A stretch of DNA of 38,454 bases from Candidatus Micrarchaeota archaeon (GCA_023256515.1 JAGDYD010000017.1:1-38454), one strand, 5' to 3'. Shown: positions 28,618-37,883, numbered from the stretch's first letter. Numbers and translations: made by a program. The notes: generated from the letters alone by a model not told the origin.

Positions 28618-29253
28618 ATGAGAAGCGCAGATGCAACAACCATATTAAGGACGCTAATGGTTTTTCTAATTGCCTATCTAGTCATAATAAAATTCAGTCC
28701 ATTAATTACTATTCTATTGATACTTGTAATGTATGTGCTTGATGCTGTAGATGGCTACTTTGCCATAAGAAGTGCAAGCAAAGGCTCTGTAGGCTTTATC
28801 GAATATATAAAAGCATCTATAGGAAATAACCAGGAAGTAAAAGAAAAGATGTCTAAATTCAAGCATATAGCAAAGAAGGATTCAAAATTTGGCCCAAGGA
28901 TAGATATTGCAGGAGATAGGGTAATAGAATACACATTTTGGATATTATTTACATACCTAAGGCTCATACCTCTTTTTGTTGTTTTTATAATAATATTTAG
29001 GCATTCGTTTGTTGATGCACTAATGGCTTCTCGAGGAACATCTTCAAAACCAAAAACAAGATTTGCAAGAATAATATATTCTTCTAATATAGGAAGGGGC
29101 GGCATAAATGTGGTAAAATTCCTTGCCTTTGCATATTTTGTACTAGTCTATGTTTCTTCTTATCCGCTTTGGGTCGGCTATATACTTATAGCAGTACTTG
29201 TAATTTACATAGTGCTTAGGGGCATAGCAGAAGCATATGATGTGCTTTCATAA
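28618..29253 (+). CDS. CDP-alcohol phosphatidyltransferase family protein
   Basis: DxxDGxxA...GxxxDxxxD (DAVDGYFA / GPRIDIAGD) with TM helices. Confidence 0.8.
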   Translation: MRSADATTILRTLMVFLIAYLVIIKFSPLITILLILVMYVLDAVDGYFAIRSASKGSVGFIEYIKASIGNNQEVKEKMSKFKHIAKKDSKFGPRIDIAGDRVIEYTFWILFTYLRLIPLFVVFIIIFRHSFVDALMASRGTSSKPKTRFARIIYSSNIGRGGINVVKFLAFAYFVLVYVSSYPLWVGYILIAVLVIYIVLRGIAEAYDVLS

Positions 29254-29322
29254 GCTAACACGTAAAATATTTATTTGTATAATGAATAAATTTGAATGGG
29301 GGCTTAAACTTTAGCTGATTAT

Positions 29323-30285
29323 ATGGATGTTCTCGACCTTTCATGGACTGAAAAATACAGACCTTCAAAGCTCAGTGAGGTGATAGGCCAGAATGCAATA
29401 GTTGAAAGGCTCAAAGCATTTGTAAAAACCAAGAGCTTTCCTAACATGATATTCGCTGGGCCTGCAGGTGTTGGCAAAACCACATCCGCAATAGCAATGG
29501 CAAAAGAGCTATATGGGGATAAAATAAACGAATTCTTCCTAGAGCTAAATGCTAGCGACACAAGGGGCATAGATGTAATAAGAGGAAAGGTGAAGGAGTT
29601 TGCAAGGACTTTGCCGCTAGAAGAAGGTTTGGTTAAAATAATCTTTCTTGATGAAGCTGATGCTCTTACTCCTGAAGCTCAGCATGCTTTAAGAAGAACG
29701 ATGGAGAAGTATGCACCCACAACAAGGTTTATATTGGGTGCAAACTATGCAAGCAAGATAATAGAGCCGATACAAAGCAGGTGCGTTGTGCTCAGGTTCA
29801 AGCCTTTAAATGTAGAAGAAATGAAGAAGTTCATAGAGAGAATTGCAAAAGGGGAATCTCTAGAAATAGATGAAAAGGCAATAGATGCTTTAATCTATGT
29901 AAGTGAAGGTGATCTAAGAAAACTTACCAACATATTGCAAAGTGCAGCAATACTGGACAAGAAGATAACTGAAAGGAGCATATATGATATAGCAGCAAGG
30001 GCAAGGCCAAAAGAGATAATATCAATGCTAAAATATGCAATAAGTGGCGAGTTTTCTAAAGCAAGGGAAGAGCTAAATAATCTTGTTTTTATATACGGCA
30101 TGAGTGGAGAAGATATATTGATGCAGTGCTATAGGGAGATTCAAAATCTGCCTGTAGATGATAAAACAAAGCTGGAAGTGATAGATAAAATAGGAGAATG
30201 TAATTTTAGGATTGTAGAAGGTGCAAATGAGAGGATACAACTTGAGGCTATGCTTGCCAATATAGCTATGATATCAAAAAAGTGA
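29323..30285 (+). CDS. rfcS: Replication factor C small subunit
   Basis: WTEKYRP, GPAGVGKTT, ELNASD, DEAD, SRC; no intein. Confidence 0.97.
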   Translation: MDVLDLSWTEKYRPSKLSEVIGQNAIVERLKAFVKTKSFPNMIFAGPAGVGKTTSAIAMAKELYGDKINEFFLELNASDTRGIDVIRGKVKEFARTLPLEEGLVKIIFLDEADALTPEAQHALRRTMEKYAPTTRFILGANYASKIIEPIQSRCVVLRFKPLNVEEMKKFIERIAKGESLEIDEKAIDALIYVSEGDLRKLTNILQSAAILDKKITERSIYDIAARARPKEIISMLKYAISGEFSKAREELNNLVFIYGMSGEDILMQCYREIQNLPVDDKTKLEVIDKIGECNFRIVEGANERIQLEAMLANIAMISKK

Positions 30286-30291
30286 TTTAAA

Positions 30292-30459
30292 ATGGCCCAA
30301 AATTCTATTGCCTCTTTGAATGGAATTGATGTGTATTCTATATTGCTTGGAATGTATAGATCTGAGAATTTTGCAAATTTTTTAAAAGGCAGAGAGTACA
30401 TACTAGATGATTATCTAATCTATTTTTCTTACAAAAACCTACTAGAAATGGAAAGTTGA
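30292..30459 (+). CDS. Small hypothetical protein, 55 aa (MAQNSIASLNG...LLEMES)
   Basis: Hand-translated ORF filling the gap after rfcS, preceded by GTGA. Confidence 0.4.
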   Translation: MAQNSIASLNGIDVYSILLGMYRSENFANFLKGREYILDDYLIYFSYKNLLEMES

Positions 30460-30499
30460 ATTTCAGCTTTTGCACTTAATTCTCCATATTATAGGCGTT

Positions 30500-30907
30500 A
30501 TGGCTTTCTATTGCGATAAAGAAACCATATTAGAAAACAAAAAGGCTGAGCTTGCTGTATTGGAAAGTTCAGATATAGAATTTATAAAGAAAAATATATA
30601 CAATCCAAAAACACACTACTCACAAGCTTTTGCTATAATAAACAAAAACTTAACAAAAGAAGAGCTTAACAAGATTGCAGATGATGTATTCAAGGATTCT
30701 AAATTCTTCTCATACATTTCAATGGCCATTAGATTTGATGAGCTAAATAAAGAATACAAGGGGAAGGTAAAGTATCTTGGTTTAATTGCCAAAGAAGAAA
30801 TAATACTGCACACTAGTGACATGAGGGAATTGGTTTCTTTAATGAGCGATAATAGCGAGGATGTATCAAGGCTTGCAAGGCTCTTCTATAATTTAAGAAG
30901 GAGGTAG
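30500..30907 (+). CDS. Hypothetical protein
   Basis: ORF-track frame, first ATG at 30500; no recognisable motif. Confidence 0.55.
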   Translation: MAFYCDKETILENKKAELAVLESSDIEFIKKNIYNPKTHYSQAFAIINKNLTKEELNKIADDVFKDSKFFSYISMAIRFDELNKEYKGKVKYLGLIAKEEIILHTSDMRELVSLMSDNSEDVSRLARLFYNLRRR

Positions 30908-31468
30908 CTTCCTTGCAAAAGTCAAATAACCTGTATGCCAAAGCCCTTTGTTTGTTGGCCTTGTTCCTTCTTCTCTAACTAAATAGTCCCTTATTATAAC
31001 CTCTATTGTATATATTTCTTTGAATCCAAGCTTGTTTAGCTTCTTTACATATTTGTTTACCTGCTCGGCATGTGGCAAAAAGCATGCAACATAGCCGCCT
31101 ATCTTCAAAGCCTTCTTTACATTCTTTAAAGCTTTTTCTGGATTGGGCATATCTAAAGTTACGAGATCTACTTCTTTTTCATATATCTTTTTTGTAATAT
31201 CCTCTTTCCTGAATACTATATTGTTCAATCCTAAAATTTCAGCATTTTTCTTGCCTATCTCAATGAAGTCTTCCCTAACATCATATGAGTATACTTCTTT
31301 TGCAATCCTGGCTAATGAAATTGTTAGCCAACCGCTTCCTGTTCCTGCATCAATGCACACGCTATCTTTGCCTACACATGTATAAGCTACTATTGCCCCT
31401 ATGTCTTTTGGCAGCATAACTTGTGGCCCTCTCTTGAGCTTTCTATAAATATGTGGGTAAATAAACAA
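30893..31468 (-). CDS. trmI: tRNA (adenine-58/57 N1)-methyltransferase, catalytic domain only
   Basis: KRGPQVMLPKD, DAGTGSG, LDMPNP, RP...HTGYL. Confidence 0.88.
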   Translation of the reverse strand: MFIYPHIYRKLKRGPQVMLPKDIGAIVAYTCVGKDSVCIDAGTGSGWLTISLARIAKEVYSYDVREDFIEIGKKNAEILGLNNIVFRKEDITKKIYEKEVDLVTLDMPNPEKALKNVKKALKIGGYVACFLPHAEQVNKYVKKLNKLGFKEIYTIEVIIRDYLVREEGTRPTNKGLWHTGYLTFARKLPPS

Positions 31469-33568
31469 TCAACCACCTTTCTTCTTTTTAGAAGCTACTT
31501 TGTTTTTAGCTTCTACCTTTCCTTCTTTTCCCCATTCTTTTTTGGTTGGGCATTCGGGATCCAAACACATCTCAAATACGCTTTTTCCCCTCCTAAATAT
31601 TTTTACTATTGGCGTATGGCAATATTCGCATGTTTTTCCGGTGGGCACAATCTTCGCAGCTTGGGGCAAAGGATATGTAACATTGCAATTAGGCCAATTG
31701 GTGCATCCAACAAAGCTTTTTCCATTCTTGGACCTTTTTATTACAAGATCTCCGCCGCATTTGCATTTCCCTAGAACTTCTCCTTTTGAAGTTTCTTGCA
31801 AGCCTTCTTTCAAGCTTTTGCCTATCTCTGCCTCTTTTGCTTTGAATTCTTTTATTATGCTTTCTATTATCTTTTTACCCTCCTCTATAACTTCTTCTTT
31901 TTTCGCTTTGCCGCGCATTATATTGTCCATATCTTCTTCTAGTTTCCTTGTTAGCTCTTCATCCAATATCTCTTTGCAATTTTCCTTAAGTGCATTGTAT
32001 ACGCTCATTCCAAAATCCGTGACCTTTATGCTGCTTCCTTCTATATAATTCCTTTTGAAAAGGGTGTCTATTATCTCTGCTCTTGTAGCCTTTGTGCCCA
32101 AGTTTTTCTTTTCTAAGAGGCTTATCAAGCTTGCTTTAGTGTACCTTTTTGGTGGTGTTGTTTTTGCTTCTTTTTGGAATATCTTTTCTGCTTTTAGCCT
32201 TTCGCCTTCTTCAAACTTTGGGATCTCTACATTCTTCATCTCAACATAAGGAGCATAAAACTTCCTCCATCCTTCCTTCTCTAAAACCTCCCCACTTGCC
32301 TTGTATAATTCATCATTTGCATTTATCACAACATTTGTTCTTTGTATTGTTGCATAATCAGCAAAGCAAGAAAGGAATCTTTTTACTATGAGGTCATAAA
32401 CCTTTTCTTCTTCAGCAGTTAGGCTCTTTGGCTCTATTCCTGTAGGGTATATTGCAGGATGCGCTTCATCCTCTTTTTTGCCTTCAGCAGGCTTAAAGCG
32501 TTTTGCCTTTATTAGTTCATCAGCAAGCGCCTTGTATCTTTCATTTTTGCCAATCTCATAAATAATCCTTGGCAGATTAAGCGAATAAGGCAGCTTCTGT
32601 GATGAAGTTCTTGGATATGATATATATGCTCTTTCATAAAGCGATTGTGCTATTGCTAAAGTTCTAGATGGGTCCATTCCGAAGACTCTGCTGGCCTCTA
32701 CCTGTAAGCTTGTCAAATCAAAAGGAGGCAAAGGCCTTTCTATTACTTCTTTATTCTCTACTTTTTGTACAAAAGCCTCTTTTTGCCTGCTCCTTTCCAA
32801 AGCTTCATCAGCAACTTTCTTTTCGAAAATTTCATTCCTTGAGTTTTCAAAAGTTACTCCTTTAAAAACAGCGAATATCTTCCAATATGGCTTAGGTACA
32901 AAATCCTTTATCTCCAATTCTCTTTTGGCAAGTATTGCCAAAGTTGGGCCTTGAACTCTTCCTATACTCACTATTTTTTTAATACCATTCGCATAAAGAG
33001 AGCGCATAAGCGCCCTGCTCATGTTTATGCCCCACATCCAATCTAGTATATGCCTTGTTTCACCTGCATTGAAGTTGTTTTCATCAAACGGATTTATGTT
33101 TCTGTAGGATTCTAGAAGGTCTTCTTTTGTAGTGGTTGAAAACTTCATCCTCAGCAATTGCCCTTTTTTAACCTCACTATTGACATCGCCATTTTGTATA
33201 AACTTTATTATATTTGTGCCTATGACTGTGCCTTCTATATCATAGTCGCACGCATTTATGAAAAGGCTGCATCTTTTTCCTATCTCTGCTATGGTGTCAA
33301 GGTATTTCTTTGTAAAATATGCATTTTTGTTTGCCTTGTATGATGGCACCCATTCTATTTCGAAAATAGGGAATCCTTTGCTGCCCTCTTTTTGCCTTAT
33401 TGTAAAAAGGTGGCCTGCTGCAGCAACAACATAAATAATGTCTTCTCCGTTTTTAAGCTCATAGTAGCTTACTCCTTCGAATGAAAATCTTTTATAATCC
33501 CCTTCAGCAAGAGAGCTAGCGAGCCTTTGTGCTACACTAGGCTTCTCTGCTATAATCAATTTGTTCAT
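31469..33568 (-). CDS. topA: Type IA DNA topoisomerase with C-terminal zinc ribbons
   Basis: IIAEKPS, DYDIEG, SIGRVQGPTL, ISYPRT, EAHPAIYPT, LGTKATRA. Confidence 0.96.
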   Translation of the reverse strand: MNKLIIAEKPSVAQRLASSLAEGDYKRFSFEGVSYYELKNGEDIIYVVAAAGHLFTIRQKEGSKGFPIFEIEWVPSYKANKNAYFTKKYLDTIAEIGKRCSLFINACDYDIEGTVIGTNIIKFIQNGDVNSEVKKGQLLRMKFSTTTKEDLLESYRNINPFDENNFNAGETRHILDWMWGINMSRALMRSLYANGIKKIVSIGRVQGPTLAILAKRELEIKDFVPKPYWKIFAVFKGVTFENSRNEIFEKKVADEALERSRQKEAFVQKVENKEVIERPLPPFDLTSLQVEASRVFGMDPSRTLAIAQSLYERAYISYPRTSSQKLPYSLNLPRIIYEIGKNERYKALADELIKAKRFKPAEGKKEDEAHPAIYPTGIEPKSLTAEEEKVYDLIVKRFLSCFADYATIQRTNVVINANDELYKASGEVLEKEGWRKFYAPYVEMKNVEIPKFEEGERLKAEKIFQKEAKTTPPKRYTKASLISLLEKKNLGTKATRAEIIDTLFKRNYIEGSSIKVTDFGMSVYNALKENCKEILDEELTRKLEEDMDNIMRGKAKKEEVIEEGKKIIESIIKEFKAKEAEIGKSLKEGLQETSKGEVLGKCKCGGDLVIKRSKNGKSFVGCTNWPNCNVTYPLPQAAKIVPTGKTCEYCHTPIVKIFRRGKSVFEMCLDPECPTKKEWGKEGKVEAKNKVASKKKKGG

Positions 33569-33576
33569 ATACAAAT

Positions 33577-33795
33577 TCACTTGCTTTTCTTGCTTTTTGC
33601 TTTATTTGGTTTATATGTCTCTTCTTTTGATATATATCTAGACATATAGAATCCAAGGATTATTGTTATTACTGCTATGATATAAAATATGTAGCCACTA
33701 CCATACATTATAAATGCGGCTATGGCAATAATTGTGAGTGTAATAACGCTGACCGATAGGTAAAGCGACTTTCTTTCCTTTTCGGAAAGTTCCAT
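33577..33795 (-). CDS. Small 2-TM membrane protein
   Basis: Two hydrophobic helices and a basic tail; coupled to topA. Confidence 0.7.
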   Translation of the reverse strand: MELSEKERKSLYLSVSVITLTIIAIAAFIMYGSGYIFYIIAVITIILGFYMSRYISKEETYKPNKAKSKKSK

Positions 33796-33867
33796 TAAAC
33801 CACATTTTTAGATTAAAATTTAAAGTTTAAATAACCTTACTTCTAATTTATCTTATCTTGTGATTAA

Positions 33868-34227
33868 ATGATAGGCGAAGCAGAAATAATAGCTCTTACA
33901 GTTTTCTCTTCATTTTTAGCATCTTTTGCACAGTATTTATTCAAGAAAAATCTACCAAGGTTTGAAGCGAGCATTAGGGGTTTATTTTCAATAATTAAAA
34001 ACAAGTTTGTAGTAATTGGTCTTCTAATATATATAGTCAGCTTGCCAATATATCTTTTTGCTTTGAAAAATGGGGCTCTTTCTTTTGTTTATCCCACATT
34101 TGCAACTTCTTTCATATTTGTTCTTTTGTTTTCAAAATTCGGAATAGGCGAAAAGATAAGCCTTTCAAGGGTAATTGGTATAATATTGGTAATATTTGGC
34201 ATATCTATAATCGCATTAACATTTTAG
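33868..34227 (+). CDS. EamA/SMR-like (DMT superfamily) 4-TM protein
   Basis: AQYLFK, LSFVYP, GEKIS..RVIGI. Confidence 0.8.
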   Translation: MIGEAEIIALTVFSSFLASFAQYLFKKNLPRFEASIRGLFSIIKNKFVVIGLLIYIVSLPIYLFALKNGALSFVYPTFATSFIFVLLFSKFGIGEKISLSRVIGIILVIFGISIIALTF

Positions 34228-34236
34228 GCTGATGTT

Positions 34237-34581
34237 ATGGAAAAAGAAAGCCAATATAGCAAAAAAATACTTGTTTCAATATTGATAACAAGCACATTCC
34301 TTGGTGGCCTTGGACAATTCCTATTCAAGATAGGATTAAACAACCATAATTCATTCATACTTCTATTATTCGTTTTTCTTGGCTTCTTGTCTTATTCATT
34401 ATCTACTGTTTTTTACTTTTTTGCTTTAAGCAGAGCACACTTGAGCTGGGTTTATGGCTTTGGTGGCTTGTCATATATATTTGCAAGCTTGCTGGCATCT
34501 TTTATAGAGCCAGTACCTCTATTGAGATGGCTTGGCATATTTATAATAGCTGTAGGTACTGCACTTATAGGGATAAGCTAA
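34237..34581 (+). CDS. EamA/SMR-like (DMT superfamily) 4-TM protein, paralogue of upstream gene
   Basis: GQFLFK, LSWVY, RWLGI. Confidence 0.8.
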   Translation: MEKESQYSKKILVSILITSTFLGGLGQFLFKIGLNNHNSFILLLFVFLGFLSYSLSTVFYFFALSRAHLSWVYGFGGLSYIFASLLASFIEPVPLLRWLGIFIIAVGTALIGIS

Positions 34582-34899
34582 CTACTTGCTCTCTTTTCTA
34601 GAGCTGCTTCCATTATCTTGGCAATTCATCTTTATTCCCAAGTAGACAAATTTGTAGCCTATATTTGCGAAGAGGAAAAGCAGAATTATCTGTAGGAATA
34701 TAAAACCTGTCTCTTTTGCTGTGTTGCTCAAATTATTTGTCAGCGAATATATTGAGACTGTTATATTTGAATTTTGTGGCGTCTGCGTCATATATTGCTC
34801 TGAGTTCAAGCTTTGATAAAGGCCGTATCCTACCAAGAATGTGAACAATAGTAGTATTATTCCTATAGCAATTAGGACATATCCTATTATAGAAGCCAT
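34582..34899 (-). CDS. 2-TM hypothetical membrane protein
   Basis: Two hydrophobic segments flanking an S/T/N-rich loop. Confidence 0.7.
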   Translation of the reverse strand: MASIIGYVLIAIGIILLLFTFLVGYGLYQSLNSEQYMTQTPQNSNITVSIYSLTNNLSNTAKETGFIFLQIILLFLFANIGYKFVYLGIKMNCQDNGSSSRKESK

Positions 34900-34920
34900 A
34901 AAGATCAATCATCTTGCTTA

Positions 34921-35700
34921 TTATAACATTATAAACTTTTCCCTGTCAAATAGCTTTTTGCTAAACCATAGCACAAGAATGCTTGTAATAATCAAAGTGG
35001 CAAGCATCAATATAAAAAATTGTAATGTTAACTTCGCAATATTGAAGATAGACATAAAAGGTATTATCAATAGTGGCAATATAAGCAAAGTGCTTATTTG
35101 CTGCGCCTCTTTTATGCCTTTGACCCTTGTAGAAACTAGAACAACCAAGCCTATAGTAGTAAGTGCAAGAAAAGGGGAATTAGCAAGCATCATATACCAG
35201 CTCATATTTGGGAATATCTCTATCCCAAAAGCCTTTAGTGAAAAAAAGTCTGTAATTCCTGCATATATTAAAAATACAATGGTGGTAAGTAAAACAGCAG
35301 GTATCAAAGAAGCAAGTATTTTGCCAACAAGAAGCTCTTCATTTGTTGCAGGAGTCAAGAGCAAAGCCTCTGCAGTTTTCCTTTCTTTTTCTCCAGCAAA
35401 GCTGTCGGCTGCAAGTACAGAAGCAGTTATTATTGGCATGGTCATAAATATAGGCCCTAATATGTTTGTTGAAAAGAATTCTATAAAATAAATGCTTCCA
35501 AAAGAAGATTGCGGCACTTCTACCCCTGCTATCTGTGGCAATATGCTAGTGCCGGCATATTTTGATATATAAAATGTAAATGCTGGAAGCATTATTGCAA
35601 ATATTATTGGTATGCCTACCATTGGCCCCCATATAGAGATGCTGGAAAATGCCTCTTTGATGTCTTTTGCACTTATTGCCCAAACTTTATACCATTCTAT
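34921..35700 (-). CDS. ABC-2 type transporter permease (probable ATA start at 35700)
   Basis: ADSFAGEKERKTAEALLLTP, GKIL, KEAQQ; frame extends 26 codons upstream of ATG 35622. Confidence 0.88.
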   Translation of the reverse strand: MEWYKVWAISAKDIKEAFSSISIWGPMVGIPIIFAIMLPAFTFYISKYAGTSILPQIAGVEVPQSSFGSIYFIEFFSTNILGPIFMTMPIITASVLAADSFAGEKERKTAEALLLTPATNEELLVGKILASLIPAVLLTTIVFLIYAGITDFFSLKAFGIEIFPNMSWYMMLANSPFLALTTIGLVVLVSTRVKGIKEAQQISTLLILPLLIIPFMSIFNIAKLTLQFFILMLATLIITSILVLWFSKKLFDREKFIML

Positions 35701-35704
35701 TTAA

Positions 35705-36574
35705 TCACCAATCCCCGCTTATACTTTCATTAAGGTAGCTTACGCTCAATATTTTTCCACCTTTTTCTATTATCTTACTTATGAGCTCTGGTATTTCTTT
35801 TGCGCTATCTAGCTCTGCTTCTATCCTATTTCCTTTCTGCAATATTTTAAACCCATTTATAAGAAGCTTTTTGCTTTCTAAAAGATATACCTCTACTTTT
35901 ACATTTTTTATCTTTGAGAGTATCTTATTTATGTTTCCAAAACCTTCTACTCTGCCTTTCTTAAGTATTAGTACCTTTCCATCTATCTTGTGTATCTCTT
36001 CCAGCCTTTGTGTTGCATAAACTATTGTTGCCTTTGAGCTGTTTATTATTTCATGAACCTCATTTGATGCTTTTGGGTCAAGGAATGCGGTGGGCTCATC
36101 CAAGAGCATTACCTCTGGATTATTAAGCAAAGCTCTGCATATTGCTATTTTTTGTTTTGTTCCTCTACTCAGTTGGCCAACTTTTGTATATTTATAATTT
36201 GCAGCATTTAGCCTTTCCAAATTATATTCTACTTTCTCTTCTATTTCCTCTTTCTCAAGACCATAAAGCCTGCCGAAGAAAATCAAGTTTTCCATAACAG
36301 ACAAATTGTCATATAAAGAATAGTTTTCCCCTACAAAAGAAATTTTCATCCTCATCTCTTTTGGGTTTTCAATAGTATTGCTTCCAAGCACTTTAATAAA
36401 GCCTTTATCTGGCTTCAATATTCCAGATATTAGCCTGAGCAATGTGCTTTTCCCTGCACCATTCGGCCCAAGCACAATGAGCTTTTCTCCTTTCTTTAGC
36501 GGGAAGCTTACCTCTTCTAATGCTTTTGCGCCTTTAAAATATTTTGATACATTGTTTACTTCTATGGCTCTCAT
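35705..36574 (-). CDS. ABC transporter ATP-binding protein
   Basis: GPNGAGKST, LSRGTKQK, LLDEPT. Confidence 0.93.
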   Translation of the reverse strand: MRAIEVNNVSKYFKGAKALEEVSFPLKKGEKLIVLGPNGAGKSTLLRLISGILKPDKGFIKVLGSNTIENPKEMRMKISFVGENYSLYDNLSVMENLIFFGRLYGLEKEEIEEKVEYNLERLNAANYKYTKVGQLSRGTKQKIAICRALLNNPEVMLLDEPTAFLDPKASNEVHEIINSSKATIVYATQRLEEIHKIDGKVLILKKGRVEGFGNINKILSKIKNVKVEVYLLESKKLLINGFKILQKGNRIEAELDSAKEIPELISKIIEKGGKILSVSYLNESISGDW

Positions 36575-36590
36575 AAAAACCTTATAGATT

Positions 36591-36693
36591 TGCAGGGGGA
36601 GAGATTTGAACTCTCGAAGGCGCTAAGCCACAGGATCTTAAGTCCTGCGCATTTTTCTGTGGCTAATGCCAGACCAGACTCTGCCACCCCTGC
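36591..36693 (-). tRNA. tRNA-Leu(UAA) with ~19-nt D-loop intron; CCA not encoded
   Basis: GCAGGGG/CCCCTGC-A acceptor stem, CAGGA-CT-TAA-GA-TCCTG anticodon arm, long variable arm, GAGAG-TTCAAAT-CTCTC T arm. Confidence 0.93.
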
Positions 36694-37428
36694 CTAAGCA
36701 TACATAGATGGTCCGGTAGCATCGGTCGCCTTTTTGTAGCTTTCATGGGATAGATTTGCCTTCTTTACCATTTGCCTTATCTTTGCTTCTACGAGCTTTG
36801 CTTCTTTGTCCAATTCCTTAAGGTCTATGTTTATATCTATTATCTTGTTAAGGCCTGAGAGAGCTATTTCTGCATATTTTGGATCTGTCATTTCAGGATT
36901 TACTTCAACAAGTAGATTTGCTATTGGTATATCTAATACTGTGCTGTTTGCCAATATTATTGCGCTAACTCCAGCCACTACTCCATCGCCTATAGGCTTT
37001 ATTCCATTGGCCAAAGCCTTTGACAAAAGTGTTTTATCTGTACTTACTATAAATGCATCTTCGCTTGGCTTCTCTACAGGTATGCCGCCTATTGATATAA
37101 TCCTCTTTATTCCCATCTTTCTAACGAAATCCATTATCTCAATTCCAAGCTCATGAACAAGCTCCGTCTGTATTGTAAATTCAGCTATCATTGCAATGAG
37201 CTTGTTCTTCTTGTCAGCATAAATTCTAACAGGGAACATAGGAACTGAATTGTGTATTACTGCTATTGGTGGAAATGACTCGCTGTCTATGTAGCCAATA
37301 TATTCCATATTTAGCTTTTCTATCATGTAGCTGTTGGCCATTGAGCCCACTAGTCCTGCCCCTGGAAATCCTTCTATAAGCGTGTATCCTTCGAGGTCTA
37401 TATCCTTGAATAGTCTTATTTCTATCAT
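36694..37428 (-). CDS. PAC2-family proteasome assembly chaperone/activator
   Basis: IEGFPGAGLVG, FPVRIY, IISIGG, DPKYA; C-terminal HbYX motif MYA; GTGA before ATG 37428. Confidence 0.88.
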   Translation of the reverse strand: MIEIRLFKDIDLEGYTLIEGFPGAGLVGSMANSYMIEKLNMEYIGYIDSESFPPIAVIHNSVPMFPVRIYADKKNKLIAMIAEFTIQTELVHELGIEIMDFVRKMGIKRIISIGGIPVEKPSEDAFIVSTDKTLLSKALANGIKPIGDGVVAGVSAIILANSTVLDIPIANLLVEVNPEMTDPKYAEIALSGLNKIIDINIDLKELDKEAKLVEAKIRQMVKKANLSHESYKKATDATGPSMYA

Positions 37429-37627
37429 AGAATCACAACTAGTTAGTTGTTGAATTAAAATATTAAATATCTTTGTTTGCATCTGCTGCTTTATTTTTAT
37501 AAAAGCGAGCTGTAAAAATAGGATTTCAATGGGGTAATGCTACATTTCATAGCTATTTATTGTCCTCTCGATTTTTCGACGATTAATTTATAAATCTATG
37601 TACTCTCATTAATATCGGGGTGAATTA

Positions 37628-37852
37628 ATGGCTGAAAGAGTGGGAAAAGAAAAAATTGAAAAAGAAGACGGCTACCTGTACTATCTAGGTAAGGATGGCT
37701 ATGTATGGAGAACCCCTATGAAAACAAATCCAAGGGGTAAGAAGAGCAGAGTAGGAACAGAAAAAATAGAGAGAGAAGAAGGCTACCTATACTTCATAGA
37801 CAAGAACGGATACGTAGCCAGAGCAAAGATGAACAGGAAGGGAAGGAAATAA
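37628..37852 (+). CDS. Small basic protein made of two ~37-aa repeats
   Basis: RVGKEKIEKEDGYLYYLGKDGYV and RVGTEKIEREEGYLYFIDKNGYV; TATA at 37587, SD GGGGTGA. Confidence 0.85.
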   Translation: MAERVGKEKIEKEDGYLYYLGKDGYVWRTPMKTNPRGKKSRVGTEKIEREEGYLYFIDKNGYVARAKMNRKGRK

Positions 37853-37883
37853 TCCTTTCCTATTTTTTATTTTTGCTTCTTTT

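Noticed and set aside
33868-34581. Calling the DMT pair arnE/arnF
   Set aside because: Fold is similar but there is no arn pathway context and the substrate cannot be inferred.
34841-35491. 216-aa plus-strand ORF, and similar antisense ORFs such as 21426-21932 and 31500-32048
   Set aside because: Shadow frames of well-supported genes on the opposite strand.
37628-37852. Identification as crenarchaeal chromatin protein CC1, Cren7 or Sul7d
   Set aside because: Sequence does not match those families as I recall them; left unnamed.
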